This document shows, piece after piece, positions 30,201 to 42,100 of a DNA stretch of 64,000 nt. Location of the stretch: NCBI RefSeq assembly GCF_033153115.1, contig NW_026889803.1, positions 7,006,001 through 7,070,000 on the forward strand, written 5' to 3'. Within the stretch, counting starts at the first letter, position 1, and every line of letters begins with the position of its first letter. The position numbers and the translations under genes were made by a program. Source of the DNA: Saccostrea echinata. Lineage: Eukaryota. The notes under the pieces are model-generated. The model was not told the DNA's origin, ran no database searches, and worked only from the letters and a program-made list of their open reading frames with translations.

Positions 30201-30235
30201 AAGTAAATGCTTTAAAACTTGAAGCAGGAGTCTGA
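3207..30235 (+). CDS. NUP88: Nuclear pore complex protein Nup88, 15 exons, about 724 aa
   Basis: Exons with GT-AG boundaries and consistent phases: 3207-3437 (or 3440), 5836-6005, 6390-6515, 6712-6987, 7180-7366, 7833-8007, 19996-20094, 20263-20338, 21371-21475, 22883-23032, 23565-23687, 29061-29207, 29500-29626, 29762-29880, 30172-30235 (TGA). Total 2175 nt. Motifs PQRWGKYSEFEGGK, LGEVAASFDFGP, MHPPAEDNYGFDAC, LYVYESVELEL, RYHCMHSAGVH, VEHLICTKPLP and QVFREEYLLKQ, plus a C-terminal coiled coil, match Nup88 as remembered. AATAAA at 30473-30478. Confidence 0.95.
6030..6270. mobile_element. Short non-autonomous DNA-transposon (MITE-like) remnant in Nup88 intron 2
   Basis: CpG-containing patch with reiterated ttttggcg/ttttagcg and the inverted cgccaaaa. 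Similar patches occur at 14435-14640, 35680-35780, 37070-37330 and 54450-54730, several ending in tacagta. Confidence 0.4.
8512..8835. mobile_element. Possible degenerate TAG..CTA-terminated MITE
   Basis: GC/CpG-richer island that starts tagcc and ends ggcta, with imperfect flanking repeats attaaaatg/attaaatca and three internal gacgtc motifs. Confidence 0.35.
9180..9615. repeat. Degenerate tandem repeat of about 120-130 bp (HINE-type internal satellite)
   Basis: Recurring aacttttgaatgag(a/g)...gatag, cctgtgaca and tgaccttga...aagtttg blocks, about 3.5 copies. A further partial copy lies near 10370-10510. Confidence 0.65.
10041..10120 (+). mobile_element. Decayed tRNA-derived SINE head
   Basis: A-box-like TGGCACAGTGG and a degenerate B-box-like GGTTGGAATC at tRNA-like spacing. 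No intact cloverleaf. Confidence 0.35.
12194..13901 (+). mobile_element. Non-autonomous Helentron/HINE-like element carrying a 156-bp tandem array
   Basis: T-run start, subterminal inverted repeat agctctactggtc (12199-12211) / gaccagtagagct (13864-13876), (GTCC/GTCT)n microsatellite at 12243-12296, internal tandem array, and a 3' hairpin agtctc-atca-gagact followed by tctggtt. Confidence 0.85.
12309..13800. repeat. 156-bp satellite array, about 9.5 copies
   Basis: The unit start aaaacgctactcctcctacag (or a close variant) recurs at 12309, 12465, 12621, 12777, 12933, 13089, 13245, 13401, 13557 and about 13721. Confidence 0.95.
22311..22449. other. Assembly gap (N run) in Nup88 intron 9
   Basis: Run of N. 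Confidence 0.99.
24765..25111. mobile_element. hAT-type MITE with an intact 8-bp target-site duplication
   Basis: Termini tagggatg...cgtcccta; identical flanking TCTAATAC at 24757-24764 and 25112-25119. Confidence 0.8.
25245..25420. mobile_element. Tc1/mariner-pogo-like MITE remnant, same family as 33760-33935
   Basis: Colinear similarity with 33760-33935: gttatctc...ctcga...ggaccaaga...gagatatcc...gagatac...gtgtt...agata.cgaa.ttcaa. Confidence 0.55.
26910..27945 (+). mobile_element. Older HINE/Helentron-like element with degenerate tandem repeats of about 140 bp
   Basis: Starts tttttagctcacct and ends aggtgagct...ctttgtt (subterminal inverted repeat). Internal recurring motifs ctggaccaaacttgca, gatgcacactacca and gctggatctgacc. 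Confidence 0.75.
29201..29430 (+). repeat. Minisatellite of about 51 bp that includes the Nup88 exon-12 donor site, about 4.5 copies
   Basis: tccaaa(g/a)gtaa..agtctctg.ttag.ct.tagctctact at 29201, 29252, 29302 and 29353, with a partial copy at 29397. Confidence 0.9.
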
Positions 30236-31845
30236 TAGTTTTTACCTGAAACTGATTACTTTGGCAGCAACAATCTCAGAGGATAGCCAGAGGAGCAATA
30301 TTTCTGTGAAATATTGCCAAATGGTGAAAATATTGACTAGTTTGTATAGAAAAGTAATTCCTCTTGCATTGTAAAATATGATTCGGACAAGAAACTGAAA
30401 TGTTGACAAACAACAAGGTGTTCTAAAATAGGTCTATAGAGACCTACAACTGTTACTTGTGTTTATTACAAAAATAAATCTTGAAAAAATTGAGCTTTTT
30501 TGTATGTGTGAAGAACTTTCAACAGTGAAAATCTTTTAAATACTTTGTATTTACAACTCGGAAACATTATACAATTCTGATTTTTTTTTCTTCAAGGGTA
30601 GGGTTGGATTGTAATTCAGGTGCAAAATTTAACTTGAGAATATTGTGGAAAAAATCTTTCTCTCAATAACAATAGGCCATGAACAGCAGGATTAATATGC
30701 AAAGATCCTCAGGTTGTGTGGATTCAATTTCTTTTCTTTTTTTTCAAATCGTGACCCCTGGGGTAGGACTGGGCCACAATAGAGGATGAATAAAAAAGAG
30801 GCTCTAAAAAAATCTTTTGTTTCATAAAGAAAAGCATTGATATAATCATACTACCATAAAACGCAAGCACTTGGATGTGTATTGAATTGGGTACTAATTT
30901 GTTTATACTTTTTATTACAGTGCATAACTATACATGTACTAAGAGCATGACATCAGAAATGAAATACATGTACTAGTATTATAGTTAATCTTCCCCCATG
31001 AACACCCTTCATTTTTATTGTGTGTATTTAGTGGACGTATTGTTAAAGCACATAATATAATATTTTTATGCCTGGCCATTAATTTTTTTTTTTATTATTA
31101 TTGAAACTTTCACACACATTACAAATAAATGTACAAACTTACATTAGAAAACAGAATCTGAATAGCAACTAATTTTAGTTGAAACTTATTCAAAATCAGT
31201 GTAAAATTTTATTTAAAAAGAGAGAGAGGCAAGCTCTAACCTTATATTTTGTGTCTTGAACATACTGTTAAGCTCAGATTCAGTGATATTTTTTGTATAT
31301 ATTCATATTGATGAGAGCTATTCAACTGCATCAACTTTTTTTTTTACCTTGGCCTTTCTTTTGACCTTGACCTGGCTTTTCTTAAATTTTTGTTTAGCAC
31401 ACTTTCAAAGAAATAATTCAAGATATTTTTATCAATCTTTATATGCTGATATAAATTAGTGAGAGCTATTCACCTGCAAAAAAAAGGAAATTATAAATTT
31501 TTTGTTTTTCTTTTTATTCCTGTATTTTCTCATCCTGTGAATATGTATGTTGAAATTTTTTTTTTCCAGCTGACCCATGCATAGCAAGGATTCAACCTAT
31601 TCACCCATAGACAAAATGAACAACCAATCTATCTACATTACTGATATGCCTATACTATATTCATAATTTTTCCATAACTTTTATGTATATATAAATGTTT
31701 ACCAAAGAAGGATGAAAGAGAGGATGCACATAGGAACAGATCCAACTTTTGGCCCCAGGATGGTCTAGTTTTTTGGTAATAGTCGTACGTGCAGGCTAGT
31801 ACATTAGAAATGAATAAAGAGAAAAAGTGAAACATTCTAAAAGAT

Positions 31846-34800
31846 TTAATTTTCTAGATTAGTCAGGCCTATAGAGTCCTTATTCTGTTTTTGGAAGGTT
31901 AAGCAGGAATTCAAAGCTTTCTGGATTTCTTCTTCTGGGAGAATTTTATAGTGTTGAATGCCAATCAGTAACTCCTGACGTGCATTGCCTGCAAAATTAT
32001 TGGATAGAAAGGCTGGGAGTCCTCTGTATCCATCACCCATCGTAAACAGTGGAGGTCTCAATATACCCAATGTCTGAAAATAATAACAGAGACTAAATTA
32101 AAAATGTTTTTTCCCTTTGTTCATGTTGTTGCAGGGGATTTTTTATTTGGTCTTGATCAGAAAAGTAAGTTTTCATTTACATGTATACCACTTTCATCTA
32201 ATTTTAAGTGAGAAACTTAAAGAATTGCTTTACACATACTTGGGATAAGACCACCACCCTCTCCCTTATACACACCAGTGACAGTTGCACAGTTTATAAA
32301 CATTATTATACCCCCGCTCGGAAGGAGAGGGGGGTATACTGTTTTACCCTTGTGTGTGTGTCTGTCTGTCTGTCCATCTGTGTGTCTGTCTGTCCGAAAC
32401 AAATTTTGGTCGCAGCTTTCTCAGCAACTACTCATCACAGGTGCTTGAAATTTTAGCACAATCTTTGTTTAGGCATGCCATATGGTGGGATTCATTTTTG
32501 TACGAATCCGATGTCAACTTCCTGTTTATCCGTGCGTCTGTCCGTAGCATACATGACAATTTTGGTCGTAGTTTTCTCAGCAACTACTCATTGCAGATGC
32601 TTGAAATTTTAACACAATCTTTGTTTAGGCATGCCATATAATGGGATTCATTTTTGGAACAAATCTGATGTCAACTTCCTGTTTATCCGTGCGTCTGTCC
32701 GAAACATACATAGCAAATTTTGGTCGTAGTTTTCTCAGCAACTACTTATCGCAGATGCTTGAAATTTTAGCACAATCTTTGTTTAGGCATGCCATATGTT
32801 GGGATTTAGTTTTTTCAAATCTGATGTCAATTTCCTAATTATCACTGTCTTTGTCTATAACCGAACTTGTGTATTCACATCAGAGCGGGAGTATTATTAG
32901 TGAGCATTAGCTCACAGATTTCTTTTTTTTTCTACAAAACATTGAAACTGTACCCATATGTAAAGCTTGGGGAAAAAATTGAAAATGGTCATTAGACTGA
33001 TGCACAATATCAACAAAACCAGAATGCATGTGCCACTTGCTTTATAGCTTCATTCAAGATGTAAATAAATCTAAGAGTGGTCAGCTATTTATTTGCAACA
33101 AGCATTATAGTGCATGTACCTTTGCCTGCAGAGAAAAAAAAAACACCCAAGGGTAGTAAGACTGTGATAGAATTTGACAATCAAATAGAAATATGGCTCC
33201 CAACCATCAAAGCTGTAATGAATAATGATTGAAATTATTAAAAATAATTCGTTATCATTTTATTAATACATGTTTCCAACAATCCTCCAAAAGAAATTTC
33301 AGTCTGTCTTTACTGCAATTGTCAGTCTGCATGATTCATTCTTGAATACTGATCCTGATGTATTTTCATATAGTATTTAAATTTCAGTTTGTGCGGTAAC
33401 TGTATATCAGATGCTTTCAAAGTACAGGTGTCATGAGCTCATAAAAAAACATGTGCTTATTATCAAAATAATGCCTCTCAAACCCGGAATAAAGTGAAGT
33501 TAAACCATCCAAGTATTTTTTGCAAAGTAGGTCAAAGGTCAAAATCAAGTGAACTGTAACACTGGTACATGTGTATTTTTCATAACGTTTTATGACTAAT
33601 TAAACAGTGCATAAGCTAAATGACAAAAACTTACCTCTTAAATGTCAAATTGAAAAATATGCTGCATAGTTTTATAAATTTGCTGTTATTTTTCATTTTG
33701 TTTTATGACAAACAGTGCAAATGCTAAATGGCATAGACTTACTTCTTAAATGTCAAAAATACAGTCAAACCTCGTTATCTAGAACTCGATGGGACCAAGA
33801 AAAAACTTCGAGATATCCGATGGTTCGAGATACCGAGGGTAAAATTCTTAAAGAATTAATGGATTGAGACTTCCAAATCACTTCAACATATCCATGGTAT
33901 TCAAGATATCAGTGTTCGAGATACCGAAGTTCAAGATATGCTTATTAATTATCAAAATAATGCCTAATGTGACAGCCAGACAGACAGAGGCCGGGTAAAG
34001 TGATCCCTAGTAGGCAACTTTTACTAATAAACCAGACCCACCTCTAGGTAGATTTTTAGATGATTCCCAGAATACTGCTGTGTGCAGTTTTATGTTCAAG
34101 ATTTGTTGATTACAGTATTTTGATTATAGTATTTGATAAATACAATTTGATCTTCCTGAAGAACCTTTTAATCAGTCAAGTATTATAATTATATAATAAC
34201 ACACTAGAAAAATGCAAAATTCTATTTTCAGAAAAAAATCAGATATTGGATAGAATTTTGTACTGTAAAAGTAAGGACATCTTCAACTATACAGGGATAA
34301 AACTTCTTTCAGAACCAATTTTTTTTTCAAATGCTACCATTTACCCTTCTTTGATTACACTGCAACGTGCCTGTTGGGGAAGGGGGGGGGGGGGGCTAAA
34401 CCCATATCCCCTAATGTTCAATGCCTATATTATGTCTATCTTTGCAAAAAAAGTGGGAAGGCTAAGCCCCCCACCCCCAGTTCTGATGCCTATGATTTGG
34501 GTACATGTATATTGAGTTTGTTTACTATTCATTAAGGTTAGCAGCATTATTCTGAAAAAAAAAGTTTTCATTTCTTTTCTGTAAGTGAAGCCAAGGCATT
34601 CTGATATTGACTGTAAGTGCATTTTACAAGTGCTTCTAGCAGATGTTCCCCAGGATCAACTAAACCACCTGGAAATCCTATCAAGCCATTAAAATAAAGT
34701 TAAAGGAGTGTTGTTGGTGCAAAGATGCCCTATATCACCATTTTACATGCAAGTGCCTCTGACTGCTTAACTGATGACAGTTCTTGGACAGGAAGTTCAA

Positions 34801-37794
34801 GGTTACTATGTTGCAGCATGACCACTCAACTTCAATGTTTAATTCGACTTCATCATCAAAGATACTCAATGGTACTTCAAGAAGACTAATGTCTGGCAGA
34901 ATATTTCTTTCACTCAAATCAAGAGAATAGAGAATGGTGAATTCAATGCATTGTAGGAACTGAGTTGCAACTGAAGTACATGATTGACTTACTTGCTTTA
35001 ATAAATGGCCTGGGGGAATAACGTTACCTTTTAAAGTTATGTGATATATTGCAGTTTTTTAACTAAATGTCTGATCTTTTCTGATCTTTTTAATAGTAAA
35101 AAATATTCTAATATTTGTAGTGAATTGCTTGTTGCATTTCTTTTGCATATCGGTATATACTGTAATATTTCCTTACCTCAGCTCCATAATCAGGGGCCTT
35201 CAGATTCTCCAATTCAATTTCTTGAAATTGTGGCAGAGTGACCTCCTTCCCATAAAAGTGTAGCACAAGATTTTTGCCCTTGTTCACAAAGGAAATAACA
35301 TGATCACTATCTGACAGTTTAAACTTGTTAGTGTCCAGACCAATTTCTTCCTCAAGTTCACGGTTTGCTGCTTGGAGTGGATGTTCCCCAGGATCAACTA
35401 GACCACCTGGAAATCCTAGCAAGCCATCAAACCTCATCTGCATCTGAAAGATATAACTTAATTATGAATTACTTATTACTTATGAAAATCTTTACTAGTC
35501 TATTTTTTGTCAACGTCATATGATAGGATGGGAAAATTTTAGTTGCAACAAGAGTGTCCCAAATAAGAACCTTTGCTTGCCCTGTCAATGCTCATGATAT
35601 ATAATTATGGATGTTATGGGATCTTTGGTAAGGCCCAACCTCTGTCTCTTTCCCCCTTTCCCAGCCATCAGGAATCGAAATTAGCAAGAAATACGTGCAA
35701 AATCATATTAAATGCGAGTTGATTTTTAAAAAAGCAAGTAAAAATAGTTAAGACACTAGAAATTTTTAGCGAGTGGTGATTTTCAACCTTGATTGTCTCG
35801 TATACATAATTTGTCTTTTGCTTTTTTGAAACTTTAAAAGGGTCACGCAAACACTTAGATAACATGCTGATTAAAGCAGTCGTTTTTATCCATCTTTTTC
35901 TATTTTATTTATTTGAAAATCAGAATCAAACAAATGCTTTAAAGGTCACAGAAACAAGATGATTACCAGGGTTGGCTGGGAAGTACCAGTGGTGGGAATT
36001 ACCAGTGGTAAATACCGGTATTTCCCGTCCTGGGAAATACTACAAATTTTCTCTAAACTGGGAAATATTGAGAAATACTGGGAAATACAAAGTTAAAGTT
36101 TTTTTATTTTTTTAATTCATTCAATCTTATACAAAATTCAAAAATAAAAGAAACATAAAAACAGAAGAAGAATATGGAATATGTCTCATATTGCAATCTA
36201 CAGCTGTAGCATATTCTGAATGTATCACTACTCCAGGTCCCATACCCATAAGCATACTGATACATTTCCCCGACTGTATAAAACTGAAGTTTTCCAATTC
36301 AAGTTATTTTTCAGTTTTGTAAAATTATTAAGTTTATTAATTATAAATCCAAGAACAAAAAAATTGTCTTAATCCTTCTATAAACACTGCAGTTATTACA
36401 ATCAATCATGTTGTTTCAACAAATTTGCTCTTGACAGTTTTGTGCTCCTGTTTTGAGAGATAATTACTTTGAGTAGAACTGAAAGGCTTCTTCTTAGCTT
36501 TGATATTTATACCATACTCTACATTTTAGAATTTTCTTAGATCCTTCTTTAGTTACATACCCAATTGGGATCTTTGGGTTCATTTCATGGACCTTTATAG
36601 ACTACATCTGACTCAAGCATGAAACAAATGACACTCATGACTGGTATAATATGAGTATGCTGTTTTATGATTGTATAAAATGAATTACTTGGAAACCAGA
36701 ACTTTTTTATAAATCAAGGACAGTGATACCAGGAAGGTATCTTAGCCAGAAAGGTATACTACATGTCAGTATGAATGAAATATGTAGCTTTTTCTTATTT
36801 CCCAGTATTTCCCAGGAAATACCAGTAATTCCCGGTAATTACCAGTATTTCCCACCGTCCTGGGAAATATGAGTATTTCCCAGTTTTTTGCCAACCCTGA
36901 ATTGATTACCAATTTTTTTTAAACGTAAAAACATTGATGATCCACAACCAGATCATAATTCTGTACTGACCCACTATAGTAGACCCAGTATTGTTATTGA
37001 TTAAAATAAAGCATAAAAAAAAGGCATTTAATTCTGTTGATTCCTTACTTTATGCAAGTTCTTAATATTGGGAAATGGCTCTTTGCTGCCAAATCGCAAT
37101 AATAATAATTTGTAAGTGGCCAGTTAATCAGGAGATTTTACATGGAAATCAAAGCGAGTAATTTTATTTCGCGAGTGGTGCTTCTTAAATTTAAGCGATA
37201 ATTCTCAAATATTGTCTTTCAAATGATTATGTATATTTATGTGTATTTGTTTTATGTATGATGACATATGATACCAAATAAATGATGATGATAATTAATT
37301 CCTCGCACATATTTAGGAATTTACAGTATTCTTTCAATTTTAACTTGTAGATCTTCATTTTAGCTTGTCATTTTTATATGTACATGCATAAATTAGCCTA
37401 TGGTTAAAAAAGTAAATTTCGATCCCTGGCCCACAGGTACTTGGGTATTGGTTTATAAATATGTATGTACCTTATTGATATGTAAAAAAAAGTACTTTTT
37501 TTACATATCAATAAGGTACATACATATTTATAAACCAAGACCCAAGTACCTGTGCCCTGGCCATGTTGGAAGAATGTGTGACAAGCTTACCAGCACCGCA
37601 GCCCTGCTGTTGTATAAATCCCACAATATGGCGTCATTCCTGGCAAAAAGCATGGAATGTGACGCATGTCGGAAAGAAGAATATTTGTCAGACAAGGCAT
37701 CCTTGTATGATACAATGTCGAAATCCTCTTTCTTGTCACCAGCTCGGCCATACGCTTCGTAGGCTTGCAACTTTCCCCATCCAATGTCAGTCAT
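31846..37794 (-). CDS. NUDT16: NUDT16-like Nudix hydrolase (U8 snoRNA-decapping enzyme / IDP phosphatase), 3 coding exons, about 232 aa
   Basis: Exons 37794-37591, 35443-35177 and 32073-31846, with phase-0 GT-AG introns. Motifs RHASHSMLFA, LMQMRFDGLLGFPGGLVD, a canonical Nudix box GLVDPGEHPLQAANRELEEEIGL, HFYGKEV and GLPAFLSNNFAGNARQELL match the NUDT16 family. Confidence 0.93.
32304..32925 (+). mobile_element. HINE/Helentron-like element with about 3 copies of a 157-bp repeat, in NUDT16 intron 2
   Basis: Inverted termini atacccccgctc / gagcgggagtat, (GT/GTCT)n microsatellite, repeat starts aattttggtcg at 32402, 32558 and 32716, and a 3' hairpin gtgagc-atta-gctcac. Confidence 0.85.
33760..33935. 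mobile_element. Tc1/mariner-pogo-like MITE
   Basis: Begins TA-cagtcaaacctcgttatct and has reiterated ttcgagata motifs. The right end is truncated. Confidence 0.6.
34631..34693 (-). pseudogene. Duplicated fragment of NUDT16 exon 2 inside intron 2
   Basis: Reads FNGLIGFPGGLVDPGEHLLEA against the real exon FDGLLGFPGGLVDPGEHPLQA (source about 35369-35431). Confidence 0.85.
35967..36899. mobile_element. hAT-like non-autonomous element in NUDT16 intron 1
   Basis: Perfect 10-bp TIRs cagggttggc / gccaaccctg, subterminal gggaaata(c/t) / tatttccc reiterations, and tgattac present in both flanks (imperfect TSD). Confidence 0.75.
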
Positions 37795-38442
37795 TTGTAC
37801 ACTTGAAATAAAATTCTTGACTTTAACAGTTTAATGACAGATCAAAATATCACCTTCTTTATGGAGTACTTATTCCACTTATCTTTCTTAAATCAACTTT
37901 TATTTTTATAGAAAAAAAATTGACGTCTACATACAATGCCACATATGAAAAAAGATGTTTTGATTTCCGATTTGTTGTTGCTAGTTCAAATCGGAAGCAT
38001 AAAAGATCAACATAAAATCGGAACCGTTACTGGTCGGCGGATATATTTCTGAAATGCCTCTTTTGGTAATACTGACTGTTCAGCCTTCAGAGAAGCAGAG
38101 ACGTACATTAGTATATATCTATATATATATATAGGTCCCTGAGTGACGCTAGTAAGTTGATAATTTGTTAAATTAATAAGAAATAGATTCAATGAACTTC
38201 CCCCTCTAACACTTCAGAGCGCCGGGGAGGGAAGGGCGGGGGGGGGGGGGTTGTTTATCATGGTTTATTGGGTTGTCATATGTACAGACAGGTCTTTCAT
38301 TTCCAGGTTCTGAAAAAATGATTTAAATGTACCGGTTGAAATTGCTTTTCTTTAAATGACAACATCATAACAAATAACTGCATATAAAATTAACTAATTT
38401 AACAAATAAATATTCAATTTTTTTTTAAAAATCAAGACTTCC

Positions 38443-39046
38443 TTAAAGGGGCATTGACACATATTTTAAGTTAATATTTTCTCAAATTTCTATGTCATAT
38501 CATGACCTATTTGTTGCTATAGCATTTCACACAGAAATATAATAACAGCGTGTTCAGAAACTTTTTTATCTGGAAATTATTGAAAGTACGAATTTCGGGA
38601 TGCGATTGATTGACAAATCCTTGCACTTTCACAAAGTAAACCTTATCCTTAATACTCTAAGAAAAGTAGAAATTTTGCTGTGTATTAATGAACAATATTA
38701 AAACTATAATCCAGAAAAAAATATCAAAACTATAATTCAGAAAATTCAGAGTAGAAATGTGAGAAAGCAAAACCAACTCACCAGTATTGTCAGTCCGTAC
38801 TCAGTGATGTGTGCATAAATTGTGCACAAATTGAACACACCCTGTGAAACGTAAACATTAACTATAACAGTGGTGCCCTGTTTACAAAAACAGATGTTTG
38901 TCAATTGACGTGATGTAAAGAAGAATGTCGGTGTCATTGAATTCTAAGAATATTCATGTAAGTTCAATTCATTTAACTGGTTTTATTTTTTGGATAAGCA
39001 TAGAACTTTAAAATGTAAACAATGCAATGTGTCCAGGCCCCTTTAA
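38443..39046. mobile_element. TTAA-flanked non-autonomous DNA element (Crypton- or Kolobok-like termini) just upstream of the amylase-like gene
   Basis: Ends ttaaaggggcattgacac ... gtgtccaggcccctttaa form an imperfect inverted repeat. Confidence 0.6.
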
Positions 39047-39142
39047 CTTTCTACCCCTTTAACTTGAAATCATGGATCCACTCCCTAGAGACATCATAGA
39101 AAGAGATAATCTACGGTAAGCAAGAGGGCTATTATCTTCAAC

Positions 39143-42100
39143 ATGGACCATGTAAGAGCATGTTGGAATTTGCAGACATTATTGTTGCTTTGTACTTTTA
39201 CGCCAGGTAATTTATATTCCATTATTGATATATGTATTTGGAATGATAATTAACATCTCAAAATTTATTAGATCTAAATAAATGTCAATGTATTACATGC
39301 TTTAACCAATTAGTTATGACATAGTTCTAAATTTATCCTATGTATCAACATGAACATTAAGATTTTTATCTCGATTTAATGAAATATATATTCTATTATA
39401 TCAATAATGTAATTATGAAAAAAAGTTTTAAAATTCGGAAAGAAAAGCAAGTGTGAGCCACTATATACATACAGACACAGATCTTATTTGTTGTCTAATT
39501 TTATCAATACAGGCTTTTGTAACATGTTTTGATTTACTCAGCAACACATGTATTTTATGTAGAGCTATTTCCCGTTAATTTAAGCAAACACCCTTAAGAT
39601 AAGTAAAGTGCCTTATTGTGGACAGTTGATAATTCAGTGGAGATATGTTTGTACACGAGATAGAGTACTTACCAATTACCGTGTTGGAATCACATGGTGC
39701 ATTTGTCTATCCTCTTGTAGTCAAAAAAAAAGTTCCCTCTCATTCCAAGGTCAGTGTCTTTGATGGTCACTCTTTTCAAGGTCAATGTCTGTGAGCCTCT
39801 CATTTCAAGGTGGGTGTCTTTGACGGCCCCTCATTCCAAGGTCAGTGTCTGTGACTGCCCCTCATTCCAAGATCTGTGTCTGTGACTACATTTTGAAGCA
39901 CTGACTGTCCTGCAAGGACCCTACATTTGGTAGACAATGGGTGGAATATGTTTGTTAAATGAGTACCTCGGATCACTAACGACAGGTGCAGAAGATTCGG
40001 GGAGGCCGGGTGTCCTGCAAGGACCCTGCAACACTTTTTTGACTATGGATGGCGGAGTTAGCTGTTGATCAAATTCAAGTGCCTGAGACCCCCTGCGATA
40101 GGGATCGAAGATTCGGGGGAAGGGATTGAATGACTGAATCTTCTCTTATGCTACATGTACCATAAATCGCCTGCAAATCCCCCATCTTCTTCTGAGGTTA
40201 TCCAAAGTCACATATGGACTGGTGACAATATTAAGTGTGATGTCCGTTTGCAATGAAAATTTGGTTAGATTCTGCAATCAACATCCGGATAATGATAAAG
40301 ATTACTGTTGTATAAATGTATCATTAACCGTTCATTGTAGTGTTCATTGTAGTGTCAACATATTATGATATACATGCGCGGATCTAGTGGGGGAGGGGGG
40401 TCCGCCCCCCCCCCCCCCCGCCTGGAATTTACAAAATTATTAAAAGTATATAAAAGTATATACTAAAGCATATTAGCATGACAGAAAACGTGTACACCAC
40501 CACCACCACCACCAAGAAATAGGTCTTTTTCATTTTGAGGGGAAATGGATTTTACGTTTGTTAGTTTTTTTTTTTATTTGCTTGTCAAGAAATTTTCTGG
40601 ATTTGATACATTTGGGAAATGTTTTTTTTTTTTTTTTTTTTTTTGCTTGTAAAGAAATTTCTTGGTTGGAAATTGTTGACTGGGGTGGACCCCCCTTCTC
40701 CTAGAAAAAAAATCTTGCATGGATCCACGCCTGATATATTATCATCCGGTAAAAAAGAAATTGAACAACTTGACTTTATATTCGATAGTCTGATTTATTC
40801 AAGATGAAAATTTAAGTTTACATTTTGCACTATCTACACGCAGGCCCTTAGGAAGCAGTTACAGGTTCGGGGGGGGGGGGGGGGGGAGGCACAACCAAAG
40901 AGTTTTAGTTGGGGGTGACATGTACCAAACATGAATTCCTTGACAAGCAAAAAAAGTCATCAGACGTTATTACTGAGAGAGGCAAGCATAAAGTAGCCAC
41001 ATGTATGTTTTCTATGCATAGCTGGTATACTATATCGGCAAAATTATTGGGGGCACACCCCCTCCCCACCACACCACCTCCCCGGTTCCTACGACCATGG
41101 CACGTATTATGTGGATGAAGATACATTCTTCACTTCATTCCCCAGCACTGCATGTTTCTTTATCAAAAATACTCTGTATTATCAAACATCTTCTATTTTT
41201 GCTAAGTTTTATGCGGTCTATGGAGCCAATCCAATTGCCAACAAGGTCGAGAGACCATTGTTCATCTCTTTGAATGGAAATGGAACGACGTGGCTACCGA
41301 ATGTGAACGCATTCTGGCACCAGCTGGGTTCTGTGGTGTACAGGTAAATGATCTACAAGTTCATTGTGTATATACATATTGATCATTCTTTCAATTTGAT
41401 TATTAAGTACCATAGATATATAAGGTGGAAATTTTTAGTGCATTTATGTAATGTAATATTTTTTTGAGTATCATTTCATAAAACCATGACAGTAAGGACC
41501 ATGAAAGGGGAAACCGTAACCCACCTACCCCCAACCCAATTATTTTTGCCAACGCCATACCATGTGCCGAAAAGATCGACAATATCTTAATTTATAAGTA
41601 TACCATCTGCTCTATTAGTATAGTGTGATATAACCCCCCCCCCCCTTCACACACAGAGAGAGGTTTTGACAATTATAGCAAAACATATTTTGGATTTTGT
41701 CAGGTATCAACAGTGGAAGATGTACTTAATTAGCCTCTCCTCTGGTTCGACCTTGTATAATACCCTTCCATCTCAACAGTGCACCCTTCCCACAATATCA
41801 ACCCGGGAGCCCCACTATGAAATATAGGCGTCGGAACCGGGGGGGGGGACTTAAACCCTGCCACCCACCCCCACTTTCCACTATTTTTGCAAAGATATAG
41901 ACATAATATATGCAATGAAAATTGAGGCTTGTGTGTGTGCTCGACGTAGAAAATTTTTTGTTGGTTTAGCCCCCCCCCCCCTCCCCTTTTTTTTCAATTT
42001 GCTTCCGACGCTTATGCGATATAAAGTTTTTTTTGCGCCTGAATAAAATACCATCAATTATTTCTACAGCAATACTTACTGATCGACCGAACCTTACATG

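Noticed and set aside
31846-37794. Catalytically dead NUDT16L1/TIRR-type protein
   Set aside because: The Nudix box GX5EX7RELEEEIGL is fully canonical.
39660-39730. Possible antisense exon ending at a GTAAGT donor (about 39667-39672)
   Set aside because: All three minus-strand frames have stops nearby and no recognisable protein results.
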